From Diploschistes diacapsis (taxonomy: Eukaryota), in contig JALAIB010000016.1 of assembly GCA_023645945.1 (NCBI GenBank), positions 1-49,714 of the forward strand: a stretch of DNA of 49,714 nucleotides, given 5' to 3'. Positions 37,511 through 49,676 of the stretch are shown piece by piece. How positions within the stretch are numbered: the stretch's first letter is position 1; each line of letters starts with the position of its first letter. The position numbers and the translations under genes were made by a program. The notes under the pieces are model-generated. The model saw nothing but the letters and a program-made list of their open reading frames with translations, was not told where the DNA came from and did not search any database.

Positions 37511-38572
37511 ATGACGCGAATTTGGAGTCTACAAAAGGCCAGCAAACGACTTGGAGAAATGTCAAAGCAATCAGTTGAAGACGATTTTGCAATCAGTTGC
37601 AAACGGGGGTTATCAAAGCAGCGCTCGGCTTTGGTTCATCTCATCAAAAGAGAAGATTCTCTCTTGTGAGAGCATTAACATTTCAATCGGCTTTGTGCCT
37701 TGGCCTCGGTAGCCTGGAGAAAGCCGAACACTTGCCACTCGACAATCCCATGAAGGAGCAAGGGCTCGAACTTCTATTGGGAAGCATTAGCAGTGTTCCT
37801 CTCTCATGGGAAGATGGATTTATATCTGATAACAAGCATGAATGAATTGAAGAACCCTCCGAGCCGATATGTCGCGGCCGTCCCATCAATCGCTCGCTCT
37901 ATCAACTCATCCTTTCCGAGACAGTGCTTGGGTGCCTCCAAGAGAAGTTCGGCAGCATCGTTGCCCATTCCAAGACCCAGCTTTTACAAAGACTGATCGG
38001 CAATACTTGAAGCAAAGAGGCCACAAGGTTTTACCGTACACAGTGTCTCGGGACAGGAACATCAAACCTCTTGATCCAGCTGCACTTAAAGTGATCTGCG
38101 AAGCTACATTTTTATTTGAGCCATATGTGGACCGTCGTGTCGTCATCGAGGTGGTTTGCGCTGGAAGACCGTCACTATATCTGGGTCCAGACCTTGCGCG
38201 GGATTTCGCGTATCTTTTCATGGTGAGTCGTTAAACAGTGTCTGAATAGAAGCTCACAGCCCATACTTATAGCCCCCTGAGTGTTCTGGGCCGTTTGAAA
38301 AGTATATATTGTCTCATAGCTTCCTCAAAGTCAAGGGCTTGGGAATGCACGATGTCGGCTTCATGTGGCCAGCTAACCTCAGTGATGAACGGGTTTTGCG
38401 CAGACAGGAAATTCGATTGCAGGATGCTGAACACATGAAGGCTAAAATGGAAGAATTCTGGAAAAACATGGAACCATCAAGCAGAGCAAAACCTTCCAAC
38501 AACATCGTTTATTCAAAAAGCAGCAAAGGATACACACCCCATGCTCTAGGCACCACCAGATCAAAAAGATAA
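37511..38572 (+). pseudogene. Disrupted SRR1-like domain gene
   Basis: SALCLGLGSL, then in-frame TGA at 37843-37845, NRSLYQLIL.ETVLGCLQEKF, a 1-nt frameshift near 37966, then FQDPAFTKTDRQYL..TFLFEPYV..PSLYLG. Confidence 0.65.
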
Positions 38573-38989
38573 CGTCCGATAAACCATCGTCAGGCTGACA
38601 GGATCCGGCTCGGAGAAGCACTCATGAGATATACCAGGAAGAAGCCACAGAGGGTGTCCCACTTTGACTCCGGAAAGGAAATGATTCTGGATCTGCACTC
38701 AAGAGCTAATGTGAACTTCTGTCTATTGTCCTATAATCATTCAGAGTGGTTGACTCACTGTTGGAAGTTCATGATCTGCCTCTGCAGCTGCAGATATGGA
38801 CACAAGACCCTAATCAATTTTCGCACCGATCACCTGAAGCCCTTTCTCTTCTGAAGATGCGTGTTATACAATGAAGAGAAGCGAAGTCTGCAATATGGAG
38901 CTATTCATTAAGCATGCATCTAAGTTATAATTCTCTAGCAGCTCAGCCAATAGAGTTTTTATGGTTCTGTCCTTCGACATCCACACAGT

Positions 38990-41000
38990 AGCATAGCAGC
39001 TTTTTTCGCGGCTATGAAACCAACTATCCACCCGGCCACCATATTGACCTTCCCGGACCCAGCCCGTAGCCACAGGCGCCGTGCCGTTTCCGCTCGAGGT
39101 GAAAACTGTCGTCCAATTTCCGCCCTCTGGACCGTGCATACTCCAGCTTTCGTTGGAAGACGCCACCTGCACGCTAACGTTCTTGCCCGGCCCACTCAAA
39201 CTAACCGTTCCTGATCCCAAGTTCGCCAAGCTCAGGCTTCCGCTCACACCAGTTGGCGTCGAGAATCTTAACTGCGTAACAAACCCGTTGTTCGCCGAAA
39301 CATTCGAGTTGAACGCCGCCAGTGGCGTTCTGGATCCCGGCCTCAATACGACTTAGATTCCCCGGCTGCGGCACAATTGTTCACATCTTCCCCACGGCAC
39401 TCTCCAGCTGCAGGTCCGCCACATAGAATGTCAGCACGGGCGTCGGCCCCGTCGCCCATTCGTGCGCGTGGCTGACGCGCCGACCGCCGAACATGAAGTC
39501 AGCCCACATCATGCGTACGAGATCAAGTGCCGTGTCGGGATCGGAGGCGAGGAAGTGCAAATCGAGATTAAAGCCCGAAATGAAGAGCCCCAGCATGAGT
39601 GTGAGAGGTCGGAAGTGGCGGTGGTCTGGAAGGTGTGCTGGGTGATGTTGGCTTTCATGGCCCACGAGTTGCCGTCCTACGGCGCGATGGTCGTGGTTTG
39701 GTTGCCGTGAAAGTAGCCGTCGGTTGCGTTCCAAAGGAGTCCGGTTGTGGCTACTTTGACGCCTTCGCCCTTTGCGGCTCATGCGCTTGCCGAGCTGGTA
39801 TCCTTCTTGACGGAATTTATGAGCATGATGCCCTGCTAGGTTGTATGGTAAGAGAATGGTGTTTGCTTCCATGTTTTGTGCGCCTATGTCGAAGCGGGAC
39901 CAGTCGTCAGGGGAAGTGACATTCATGGGCTTAGGGCTATCGATATTATTCAGGGAAAAGTTCAAACTGATTGTGAAATTGGTCCAGTGGCCTTGGATGT
40001 AGTGAAAGTCACCGGCAAAGGCATAGTAATAGGACATGCCGATGAACGAGTATAGGTGATATGTGAAGGAGAACGCAGCTGAGCCGCTTATCTTCGCTTC
40101 TTCTTGGCTGAATGATGTCCCAGTGTATTGAAGCTGCCCGGCCCTTGCGTTTGGGGAGAATTAGCAGCAAGCCGAGGGAGTTTCTGATACCGACCATGTC
40201 GCTCGTGCTGACGAAGATCCCGGGAGCAGGTGTTGACATATCGCCAAGCCAGACCAGTCGATCTCGCTTAGCTCCGTTGGTGAAGTACGCTGCTACCGTT
40301 TGCAATGGTGTAATTCAAGTACCATGGATCGAAAGTCGGCAAATGGATGTCCTTGTTTTGAGTTTACAAACCCAAGGCGCGCCAGCGAGTCTCCATGCGT
40401 CGGATCAATTGTACCCAGTTGGTTCGTGCATGCTCCGGGGTACCAGACCCTATCGACCTTCTCGTCATCCGAGTGAGAATAGCCACTGTAAGCTCCAAGA
40501 CCCTGAATGTTGGCATTGCTGTGAAGTTGACCGTGGCATCAGAGACCCATAACGCCTGTCCCGCGATTAATTAGACTGAAGTACCTAAACACCCCCTTTT
40601 TGTGTCCTCTATCGACAGTATATGTGCCCGGGCCAGTCGAGTTGATGTAATAAGGGCAATTGAGGCCTGCATCAGCCGTTGCATCGCAGGCTTGACTATC
40701 ACCAAGCGAGGACTCGGTGTATGTGAGGGCGACACTCGAAGATATAGAGCTATCGATATTCATGAAGATGAATCCGGCAATGTCCTTGCCGAAATCGAGT
40801 GTAGTCGAGGACCCGTTGTTTATCGAAGCATTCCTAGACCCACCGTCTACAAGGTTCGGAGTTTTGTTCGCAGTGCTATTGACCCTATGGATCGTTGCGG
40901 GACGATTGTTTGGTTACAAGAAGCTGGAATATGCTGAGAGTATGGCACCGCAGCCACGACGACAAAAGAGGAAAAGACATTATAACGAGCAGGCGATCTG
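38990..41000 (-). pseudogene. Degenerate GH78 alpha-L-rhamnosidase
   Basis: Fragments in shifting frames with stops: TLDFGKDIAG, CDATADAGL, FRYFSL, GYSHSDDEKVDRVWYPGA, GAKRDRLVWLGDM, SFTYHLYSFIG, DWSRFDIGAQNMEANTIL, SHAHEWATGPT, PQPGNL. Confidence 0.85.
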
Positions 41001-42862
41001 GTTGCAAACCCCCAGGTGAAATTTCGTCCAATAGACTTGGATATACCTATGCAGCAAAGCATGACTTATGAACCTTCTCGCATAGAATGGGTACCTAACC
41101 CGACTACACCTTGCCCCGCAGAACCGCACGTTCCATCGATCCTTCATGGCTGTTCCTAGATCAGAATGGGGATGTCCCCAAATTGGTCAGGAACTAGCGA
41201 TGGCGTAGATTGAAAGTCCATGATTCCTGCCAACGGCCACTGAACTCTATGATGGTTGTAATTTTGTCGACGATTTTAAAGCTTCAAACGCGGCGGTCAA
41301 ATATCACGTTGTATAAGTGAGGAAAACTCACCGAGCACAGTCTTTGCAGAAGATCCACGGCCCAAATCAGCTCGAGCTTTAGCACAGACACAACAATAAG
41401 CATTATAGAGCATTATGGGACATTTTGAATTCATTCAAGTAAAACATGAAATATACAAACCAGTCCAGTTGAAACAAGGGCTGGTTGCTCATGCCAACGG
41501 AACTTGAACTTCAACCTATCACCAAGATAGAAAAGTCCGGTGAAAGTACTATGCTTAGAGCAAAATCATCACATGATGGTCCAGCATGAATTGCATATGG
41601 AGAGAAAAATGCGGTTCAGCTCCGTAGCTTGATGTCGAGGTCCAGATGTCAGTCAATGCGACACAATGTTCGGGGTGTGGAAGAAGCCTGCCAAACGACC
41701 GGGTTCCAAAACCTGGAAAGTCGACTCAAACGCTGTGCTATTCCCCGATATGAAAGTGTCCGTTGGCTTCGGAACGGTGATTCCCACAGTATACGCAAAC
41801 TCTGACCTTCACTGCCACCGAATTGCCTACCAATAAGACGCATAAACATTCCAACCAGCGACTACCAAAGCAAAAACTGCAGTATCTCGGTACCTGTAAT
41901 TTCCAATAAACCCTCTCGCCATTGAACGACAATGTTGTTCCAGTAGAACCTTAAACGCTAATCCAGATTGTCGACCAACATTTTGATCCAAAGATTCTAG
42001 GCTCTGTGTTGCAAAACAGTGCAAACATAATTCATAGCAATGTCAGGCCGAAACCGTTGGAAGGTTCATCGACGGACCGACATTGGATGGTTCTCAGGAA
42101 TTTTGGAGTATCTTTCTGCAGAAAATTAAATTGACGGTCAGCTATGAGCCATTATGGAAGAGCATCTCCCTAAACCGAGATATTTTAGAACCTTTCGCAA
42201 ACCATACGGATACGACGTAGTAGTTGCAGAACGGAAGGAAAGGTTGAAGCTCCTCCAAGACTGACAAAAGACCAGCCACCTTCTTTCTACGCCAGGGCGC
42301 GATCGTGACGCCCGTTAGACTGAGCGAATCTGGCGATTAATTGCACATCAAGGTGGTGGGGGTGCTCCTTGCCTATCCAGCCTAGGGCAGGCAATCCAGG
42401 CTAGGCAGGCACAGAGGTGCGTGTAGATATGGTGCCAGCGAGTTGCAGTGATCACTGGGGGTCTCCAAACGCACCTAGGTGGTCGATATGGGTTACCATG
42501 AAGGGTGCAGAGCAGCGCCACAGGCGCTTGAGGCGTGTTTATAGGCGTATGTCACAGTAGAGGGTGGCAGTGGGTGACTCAGCAGCGCGTGACAGACGCC
42601 TTGTTGTCGTGTGTAGGTCTCGAGGTATCCCAATCCATCTGAAAGCTGTATTGAATGAAATCTTCTAGTTGAACGTGGTTTGGGAAACACAAGTAACTTA
42701 CTATCCAGAGCCACTACAATACAACGAAGGACCTTTTCAAACAACAATTAGTGCCATTGGATTGCTCTAAGTCCCCACTATTCAAAACAAAACGGTATTT
42801 TAACGGTTTCTCCATGGATGGGCATTCGCAAAAATTTTAAACCTAGAAAAGAGCTCATAAAT

Positions 42863-42867
42863 AAAAA
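42863..42867 (-). terminator. Pol III oligo-T terminator of the tRNA-Gln gene
   Basis: TTTTT on the minus strand 11 nt after the discriminator base. Confidence 0.7.
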
Positions 42868-42878
42868 TAATGATTTAC

Positions 42879-42997
42879 AGGTCGATCTGAGACTCGAACT
42901 CAGGTTGCCGGAATCAGAATCCGGAGTCTAACCTTGTTAGACTCTGACCAACATAGAGATCATTAATAACTTACGATAACCGCTACACTAAACGACC
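42879..42997 (-). tRNA. tRNA-Gln(CTG) interrupted by a 47-nt GT-AG intron in the D-stem (exon 1 42997-42975, intron 42974-42928, exon 2 42927-42879)
   Basis: Joined exons give a 72-nt cloverleaf: GGTCGTTTAGTGTAGCGGTTATC|ACTCCGGATTCTGATTCCGGCAACCTGAGTTCGAGTCTCAGATCGACCT. Anticodon stem CCGGA/TCCGG, T stem CTGAG/CTCAG, D stem GTG/CAC, acceptor stem 6/7 pairs, U73 discriminator. Confidence 0.93.
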
Positions 42998-43224
42998 GAT
43001 TATAGATATGATTTGACCTTAATTGTATATACTTTACATACAATAGAATGTCTAAGATAGTTTTGGGGCATTCCGTAGCGGTTCTAGTTATGGATGTATA
43101 AATTCGATCCAATGCGTCCACTTTTGTTGAAGTCATTTGTTCTAAATCATGTAACCAAGGAATTTTAACAGGTTAGTCCTGACCCTTTGGGCTCAAAATA
43201 CCCCAGTACTAGACCTTCAAAGCA

Positions 43225-45199
43225 ATGGAAGGTCGAAATGTAGACGTTAGGGTTCTTGCCCAAGAATGGCTTCGCTTGGACAAGGTAATCTGAATACTCA
43301 CCACAAGGGGGTAGTCTGATATTAAATAGGATTTGGCTACAAGAGCTGAGATCCAAGTTCTCCTGGATCGCGATGACCTATTCGAACTCCAAAAGCGTTT
43401 TCATCCTAGTATGCGACTGTTATACGTTGGATTGGCCGAGTGTGCTCTGACAGGCTGTAGGAATCACATTCGGCACAGCAGGTCTCAGAGCACGCATGGA
43501 AGCTGGCTTTGCCCGTATGAACTGTCTTACTGTCATACAAACCTCGCAAGGGCTCGCAGAGCATCTCCTCAAGTGCTCGAGCAGCAATAACCCGCTAAAA
43601 GTAGTCATCGGATATGATGGCAGGCATTACTCCAAGCGCTTTGCGGAGCTTGCAGCAGCCGCATTCCTTGAAAAAAGCTTCTCGGTCATATGGTTTCGTG
43701 ACGTTGTTCATACTCCTTTAGTACCTTTCGCTGTGCGCACCCAATGTGCAGATGCTGGTGTTATGATCACAGCAAGTCATAATCCCAAAAATGACAATGG
43801 TTACAAGGTATACGTAGGCAATGGATGCCAAATCAACTCTCCACAAGACCAGGCGATCGCTAAGGCCATCATGAAGAATTTAGAGCCAGTCACTTGGAAC
43901 ACCACCAAAGTCTATGGTCTTGAGGATTCATTGGACAGGATTAGAGATGCCTACATCCTCAGTCTTACCCACCCTCTCTGCATTGAAGGTCCGACTCCGC
44001 CGGTTGTGTATACGCCGATGCATGGAGTGGGCTTAGGTTTCTTTATGCTAGCGGCTAATCGCTTGTTATGGAACGTCCATTCCTTCGCTGCAGAGTTACC
44101 GAAAGAAGACCTAGATGGCACTATAGGAGATCTACAACGAAGGACCAAGATCGTCAAAGAGCAAGCCTACCCCGATCCTGAATTCCCCACGGTAGAGTAT
44201 CCAAATCCTGAAGAGCATGGAGCCTTGGATCTTGCAAAAGCGGAAGCAGACAAGCTTGGCTTTAAGCTACTTTTAGCCAACGACCCTGATGCAGATCGGT
44301 TCGCGGCTGCTCAAAAGCTGGAAGATGGCAAATGGTATCAGTTCAAGGGCGACGAAATGGGTGTCATACTTGGGGTGCATGTCTTTGAGAAATGGCGTTC
44401 CAAGCAATTACAGCAAGGAAAACCTCTCATGGTCACATCTGCAGTTTCCTCGCAGATGTTGGCAGCAATAGGTAGACGCGAAGGTTTTGAAGTCCTCGAG
44501 ACCTTGACTGGATTCAAGTGGATTGGGAACGCGGCCCTCGAAGCCGGCAGCAGAGCTCTGTTCGGCTATGAGGAAGCACTAGGGTACATGTTACCGGACA
44601 TCGTCCATGATAAGGATGGCATATCGGCCGCGTACTTGCTTTTGGAGGCTTGTTCGAAGTGGCAGCGTATGCCTTACGAGATGCTCCAGGATCTTTACAG
44701 AAAATATGGCTACTTTGAGACCGCGAATACGTATTGGAAATCGCCAAGTCTGGCTTTGACAAAAGAAACCTTTGAGCACATTCGGGCGAACCCGAGGTCA
44801 ATCCTGCACTCATTGGCTCCTTCCACGCGATGTCGCATCAGAGATGCTATCTCGGGAACCGACACCGGGACAGAGGATGGTCGATCGACATTGCCTTCTG
44901 TGTTAGATAATCTCATGATTACCCTGTGGCTGTCGAGCAGCTTGGAGCTTCAGGAAGGTGTCCGGGTCACTATCAGAGCGTCAGGGACGGAGCCCAAGAT
45001 CAAAGGTAAATACATTCCCAGTAGCTTGATCATCTGTGCTTATAGCGGGATGACAGTATACGTTGAGTGCCAAAGCCGCGTCGGTTCAGCGGAGGCCAAA
45101 TCTGGAGCACTTCTAGTGCTGAGGACTGTTCGACGCGTCTGGTTTTGCCATCCTCGGCTCCAGATGGAGAACAAATATGAAGCTGAAACTCGAAGCTAG
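43225..45199 (+). CDS. Phosphoglucomutase-2/phosphoribomutase (PGM2/Prm15-like), 3 introns
   Basis: MEGRNVDVRVLAQEWLRLDK|DLATRAEI..|ITFGTAGLRARMEAGFARMN, catalytic ITASHNP, metal loop NDPDADR, GYEEALG, RASGTEPKIK. Last intron 45006-45056 is 51 nt and in frame. Confidence 0.9.
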
Positions 45200-45280
45200 C
45201 GGTTATCTCATTACTGCAAGCGTTTATGCTACGAGTAACAGACCCTTCAAGCATTGTGTATCACCTGCCCTCCCTAATCC

Positions 45281-46829
45281 TCACGGAAGTGCCTCGCCAA
45301 GGGCCTCCATCAAAAACCCATCCTCCCACAACCCCTCCACTCTATCCTGCAGCGGCTCCACGTCGACCATGCCTCTTGCCGTATCCTCCACCCCCTTCAA
45401 CACCCTCAACACGTTGCCTCCAACCACTCCCTTCAACTCCCTCACCGACACGCCCCTTCCGTGCAACTCCCTCACCAGGTCCGGGTACTTGCTCACATCC
45501 TCCAAGCCCTTGGGTCCCTTTGGCATGCCATCGAAGTCGGACCCGAGTCCGACGTGCTCGTAGCCGATCAATTTGCCTATGTGCTCTACGTGGTCCGCGA
45601 TGTCGCCGAGACTCGCCTCAGTCTTGTTCCTACAATTCGTGAATTCAGGGACAAAAGTCACGTGCACCACGCCCCCGTTGGCCTTGACGAGTTGCAGCAC
45701 ATCGTCCGGGACGTTACGCGGGTGGGCGCACACCGCGTACGCGCTGCTGTGGCTGAAGATGATGGGTGCGCGCGTCACATTTAGGGCATCGCGCATGGTG
45801 GCTGGCGAAACGTGCGAGAGGTCGACCATCATGCCGATGCGGTTCATCTCCTGAACCATGGCGACTCCGGCTTCAGAGAGGCCGCCATGGAGAGGCTTGG
45901 CAGGAGAGCAACTGTCGGCATACTTGTTGTGGCAGGAGTGCGTGAGCGTGATGTAACGGACGCCGAGGGCATAGTAGAGGCGCAAAATGGAGGCTGAGTT
46001 GGCGATTTGATGGAGGCCTTCAGCGCCCATGAGGGAGGATATTAAAGAGCTGTTGTGAGGGAGCGAGTGGAACTGGTGCCAGATAGAAGAGGAGGTTAGG
46101 GCGGGGGAGAGGTTGGAAGGAAACCGCGCGTAAAGGCGGTGCACGAGATCGATTTGCTGGAGGGTCTGACGTACGGCGGGAAGGTAGACGGCGTTGGAGT
46201 AGTCGTCCTTCGTGGCCGGAAAGACATCTTCGGGGCTAGTGGGAAAGGTCTGTGTTAACAGGGTCGACGTGAGGCATGGAAGATGCGATGGTTTAGTGAC
46301 AGACGCTTACCAGCCCACGTAGACGCTCCAGAACTGGCCGCGGACGCCGCCCTGATGTAGTCTCGGGAAGTCGACCTGGCCGAAGAGCTCGGACGTGTTC
46401 GTGAAGTTCTTCTGCTGCAAGTCGTTCTTGTAGAAGGCACGGATCCAAATTGGGAAGTCGTTATGCGTATCTGGACTCGGGTCAGTGAGCTGAAAGTTCG
46501 AGAGCCGCTTGCGACCCAGCATTGTGTGAGGGCTTGTTGTAACCTATCAAGGGCGCACCCCGGAGCACAGCTTCTACGGGATCTGACGGCCGAGTTACTG
46601 AATCGTACAGACACCTGGCTAGTTCGCTGCGGCGGGTGCTGAAGAAGTATGAAAGTATGCAAAGGAAAGGGAGCACGGTGGTGATGAGCAACAGTCTTCT
46701 TCGCCGGCTGGTGGCAGGGCCGATATTGATCAGCCCTTTCTGGCCGGCGCTCTCGCTCGGTATCTCGACTTGGCCGTAGTTGATGTTGAGTGCTCCTTTC
46801 TGGGAGACGGAGTCTTGGGGCTCTGCCAT
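45281..46829 (-). CDS. Membrane dipeptidase (peptidase M19), type II membrane anchor, 2 introns
   Basis: TM segment after RRRR, PLI|DTHNDFP, GQVDFPRLHQGGVRGQFWSVY, GAEGLHQI, LGVRYITLTHSC, MVDLSHVS, FSHSS, VGLGSDFDG. Confidence 0.92.
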
Positions 46830-47329
46830 GTCGTTGTGTTAGGCTTGTGTTAGTTGCATGTGCAACAACCCAATCTTATATTGGGTAACGGGTCGCTATA
46901 TTGGAAGAGAGAGAGGATGCAGTGGATTAGTAATTATGGGGCCTCCGTAGCAGAAGCACTGGCTCCAGCAAAGGGCCCGGCCCGGATGTAATATCCCCCC
47001 CATTCACTCGAAATTACTGTAGATTTCATCTATGTGTACGTTGGAGATTGATTTGTACAAATTTTGATCAAACAATTGCAAACAATTTGCGTTCTCGAGT
47101 AATATCGCTGACAGCAATGGCTGCTGCTGAAGTTTCAACAAAAGGAAGACGAGGCCAGAAGGCAGGTGAGCACGTGATTGTGGGCGGGTATAAGCCATCT
47201 CTCGAAATTGCATCCCTAATCGTTTTCTTTCTTTCTTTATAAATAGATGTAACCGCCAACGCCATGCTGTACAGAGCTCCATACCAAACGGACGACAGGA
47301 TGCTAGATAGAAGTGCCGTTTCTATTTCA

Positions 47330-49014
47330 TTACATCCATAGACACAACTTGCCGCTCGCAGTGCCTGCAGCTATCCAATCTTTTGTCGGGTGAAACTGTG
47401 CAACAGCTGGCACTGCGGTGATGCCAGGACCGCCAAGCTGAGCCAGTTGCTCGCCGGAGCCAGAGTAGACGTCAACGAAACGGTTCATGTTACCGATAAC
47501 GAATCGTTGCACGCCGTCTGATGGATCGGCTTGCCATTGAGGTCGGAGGCTGCACATACATGTCAGTATTCCCTGAGCCAAGAATTAAGGCATTACGTTT
47601 TCCTTACATTGTCACCCATCGTCCTGTCTGATTGTTATGCTTCACGACGTGCGTGGGCTCCATTGTGCTGTCATCAAGCGCCTTGCCCTCTTTCCAGCTG
47701 CTCATGCCTTCGAAATTGTAGACTTTGATGGTGTCGTCATAGCTGCTGGTGGCAACCTGGCCCACGCTATTGAACGCAGCATGACTGATGCTCAATCTAC
47801 TCATGTGGGAGCCCAGCAACGCTGGTATTTTGCCGTCACCTTCCCAAAACGTTAGCTTTCGTAAGTCCCAAAGACGCATCGTCCGGTCGAGAGACGCCGT
47901 AGCCAGGTAGTGTGAGTACTGAGGGTGGATGCTGAACCCCCCTATCTTCTTTTCGGACAGCTGCCAAATTGTCGCAGCTGAGGCTTGTTCCCTTGTGTCG
48001 TGTCTTCCGATGCAGCCATCTAGACGAGAGAAGTAAATGACCTGTGGCGTTTTGGGATCGATCTGAAGACCTGATAGACAATCATCGGCTTCCCGGTCTT
48101 GAGGGCCATATACCTCAGTCGCCTTGGATGTTGCCAGATCAAGTAAGCGAATCGAGGAGTCGTAGGAGCTTGTATATATGTGCGAAGGATTAACCGGCGA
48201 GAATTCAATGCCAGTGATGGTGCGGGTGTGCGCATGCAGTTGGGTAATTTCAGGATCTGGAATATCTTCTTCGTCCTCCACATCATCATCTTCCTCTTTC
48301 TTAACTGCATTTGATGGACCCATACGCTGGGAGGCATCGAATATTCCCATGTTACCGAACTTGTCCCCTGCGAATACTAGAGCTTTGGCCGGCTCAGGGT
48401 GGAATGCGATTGAGTAGATTCTGTCCTGGGTGAGCTTGATGCCTGTTGTGGTGAGCAACCTTCATAGGACCACAATTTCCCAGCTTACTGTTCGGCTCAA
48501 AGCCTTCGTATAACTGCAAGCCACTCATTTGCTCTCTCAATGCCTTCAACTCCTTGTTCGATGTCTCTTTGACCTCCGTCTCGCCAAACGTTCGCTCATA
48601 CGGGTTCGCGCCACGACTGACCACATCGGCGAAGGCAGCCTTCCCCTTGTCCCACGCATTGCCTGCCACCACAATATCACGGAGATCCAAATCCCCGGAA
48701 TGTCTTTGCCGCTTGACCCTTGCTTGCTCCTGCGCCACCTCATACTCCTCGTCCGCCTTGCGCTTCGCTTTCTCGCTGTCCGCTTCGATGCCAGCCAGCC
48801 GCGCTGAAGTACGGCGCGGTACTACCTCCTTCTTTATTCTCTGCACTTGCGTCGTCCTCCCGGGCGGCCTTCCCGGTGCGGCGGCCTTCTTTGCTGGCTT
48901 GGGCGCAATGCCTGCGCTGGCAGCATCCAGTGCCAACCGCTTGAGCAGCGCATCGCGTTCGGCAATATTCGCCTGGCGCTGCCGTTCGTACTCACTCAGC
49001 TCCTTAGGGGGCAT
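47330..49014 (-). CDS. CMR1: WD40 DNA-damage-binding protein Cmr1/WDR76 (2 introns)
   Basis: [121 protein letters not shown]. Confidence 0.93.
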
Positions 49015-49425
49015 ATCAGTACAGTCTTGTGCACAAATCCCCAGGAATAAAGTATAGGGACAAAATGGCACTGGGTTTTGGAGACCCTTTGCCAGATGAG
49101 ACTACCGCATCAAACAGACTAGAAGAAAACTACTAAAAAGAAGTTGGTGCGGGAGTGACGCGGATCTCGTCGGTGGAGGTGATATGACTCGGTGGCTGTT
49201 TTATGATAGTCAAGTCAAATATATTTTTAGTCTCGCCTTGATTTCAATAACATTGTACGATTTTGAATCGTTCTCAAAACAAGCATCGCTGTTCAGCTCC
49301 CTCAAAATCTGTAAGGGAAAAGGGGGAGCTGAGGCATATCACCACGTTTTAGGCTCTAACGACTTTAAGCGTAGTCTAAATAAAAACTGGAGTAATCTAA
49401 TAAGAACTACACCCCAATATCTTCA

Positions 49426-49676
49426 CTTTTTTTTTATTGATGGGGATTGTATCCCCATATTCCAGCCTATATAGTTCGGAACGAATCGATTTTTTCTCGA
49501 ATACGCGATAGGGTTTTAATTAAAACATTATTCTTAATAAATAACGAGAAGCCTCGTTATTGTGATTTTATTAAATAATAAATATTAAAAGTTTTTTAAT
49601 ATAAATTCGTTCATCCCCGCCGTTATCTCCTACTTTCTTAAAACACTTACTGTGTATGTTTCGTTATTCAAAAGCT
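49426..49676 (-). mobile_element. AT-rich, probably RIP-mutated repeat; possible 3' end of a LINE
   Basis: Abrupt rise in AT and TpA content. Minus strand ends TGGGGATACAATCCCCA (hairpin) + TCAAT + A10. Confidence 0.4.

Noticed and set aside
41600..42300. Intron-like GTATGG..GCTGAC..CAG on the minus strand, suggesting a gene relic
   Set aside because: Flanking frames contain stops and resemble no family I recognise.
42374..42412. Imperfect tandem ATCCAGCCTAGGGCAGGCA / ATCCAGGCTAGGCAGGCA
   Set aside because: Only two short imperfect copies with no array or flanking element.
42928..42974. Interpreting the tRNA insertion as a canonical or BHB tRNA intron
   Set aside because: It is not at 37/38 and the junctions cannot form a bulge-helix-bulge, whereas all three spliceosomal signals are present.
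45006..45056. Apparent 17-aa insertion (GKYIPSSLIICAYSGMT) in the PGM ORF
   Set aside because: It is an ordinary in-frame GT-AG intron read through by the ORF finder.
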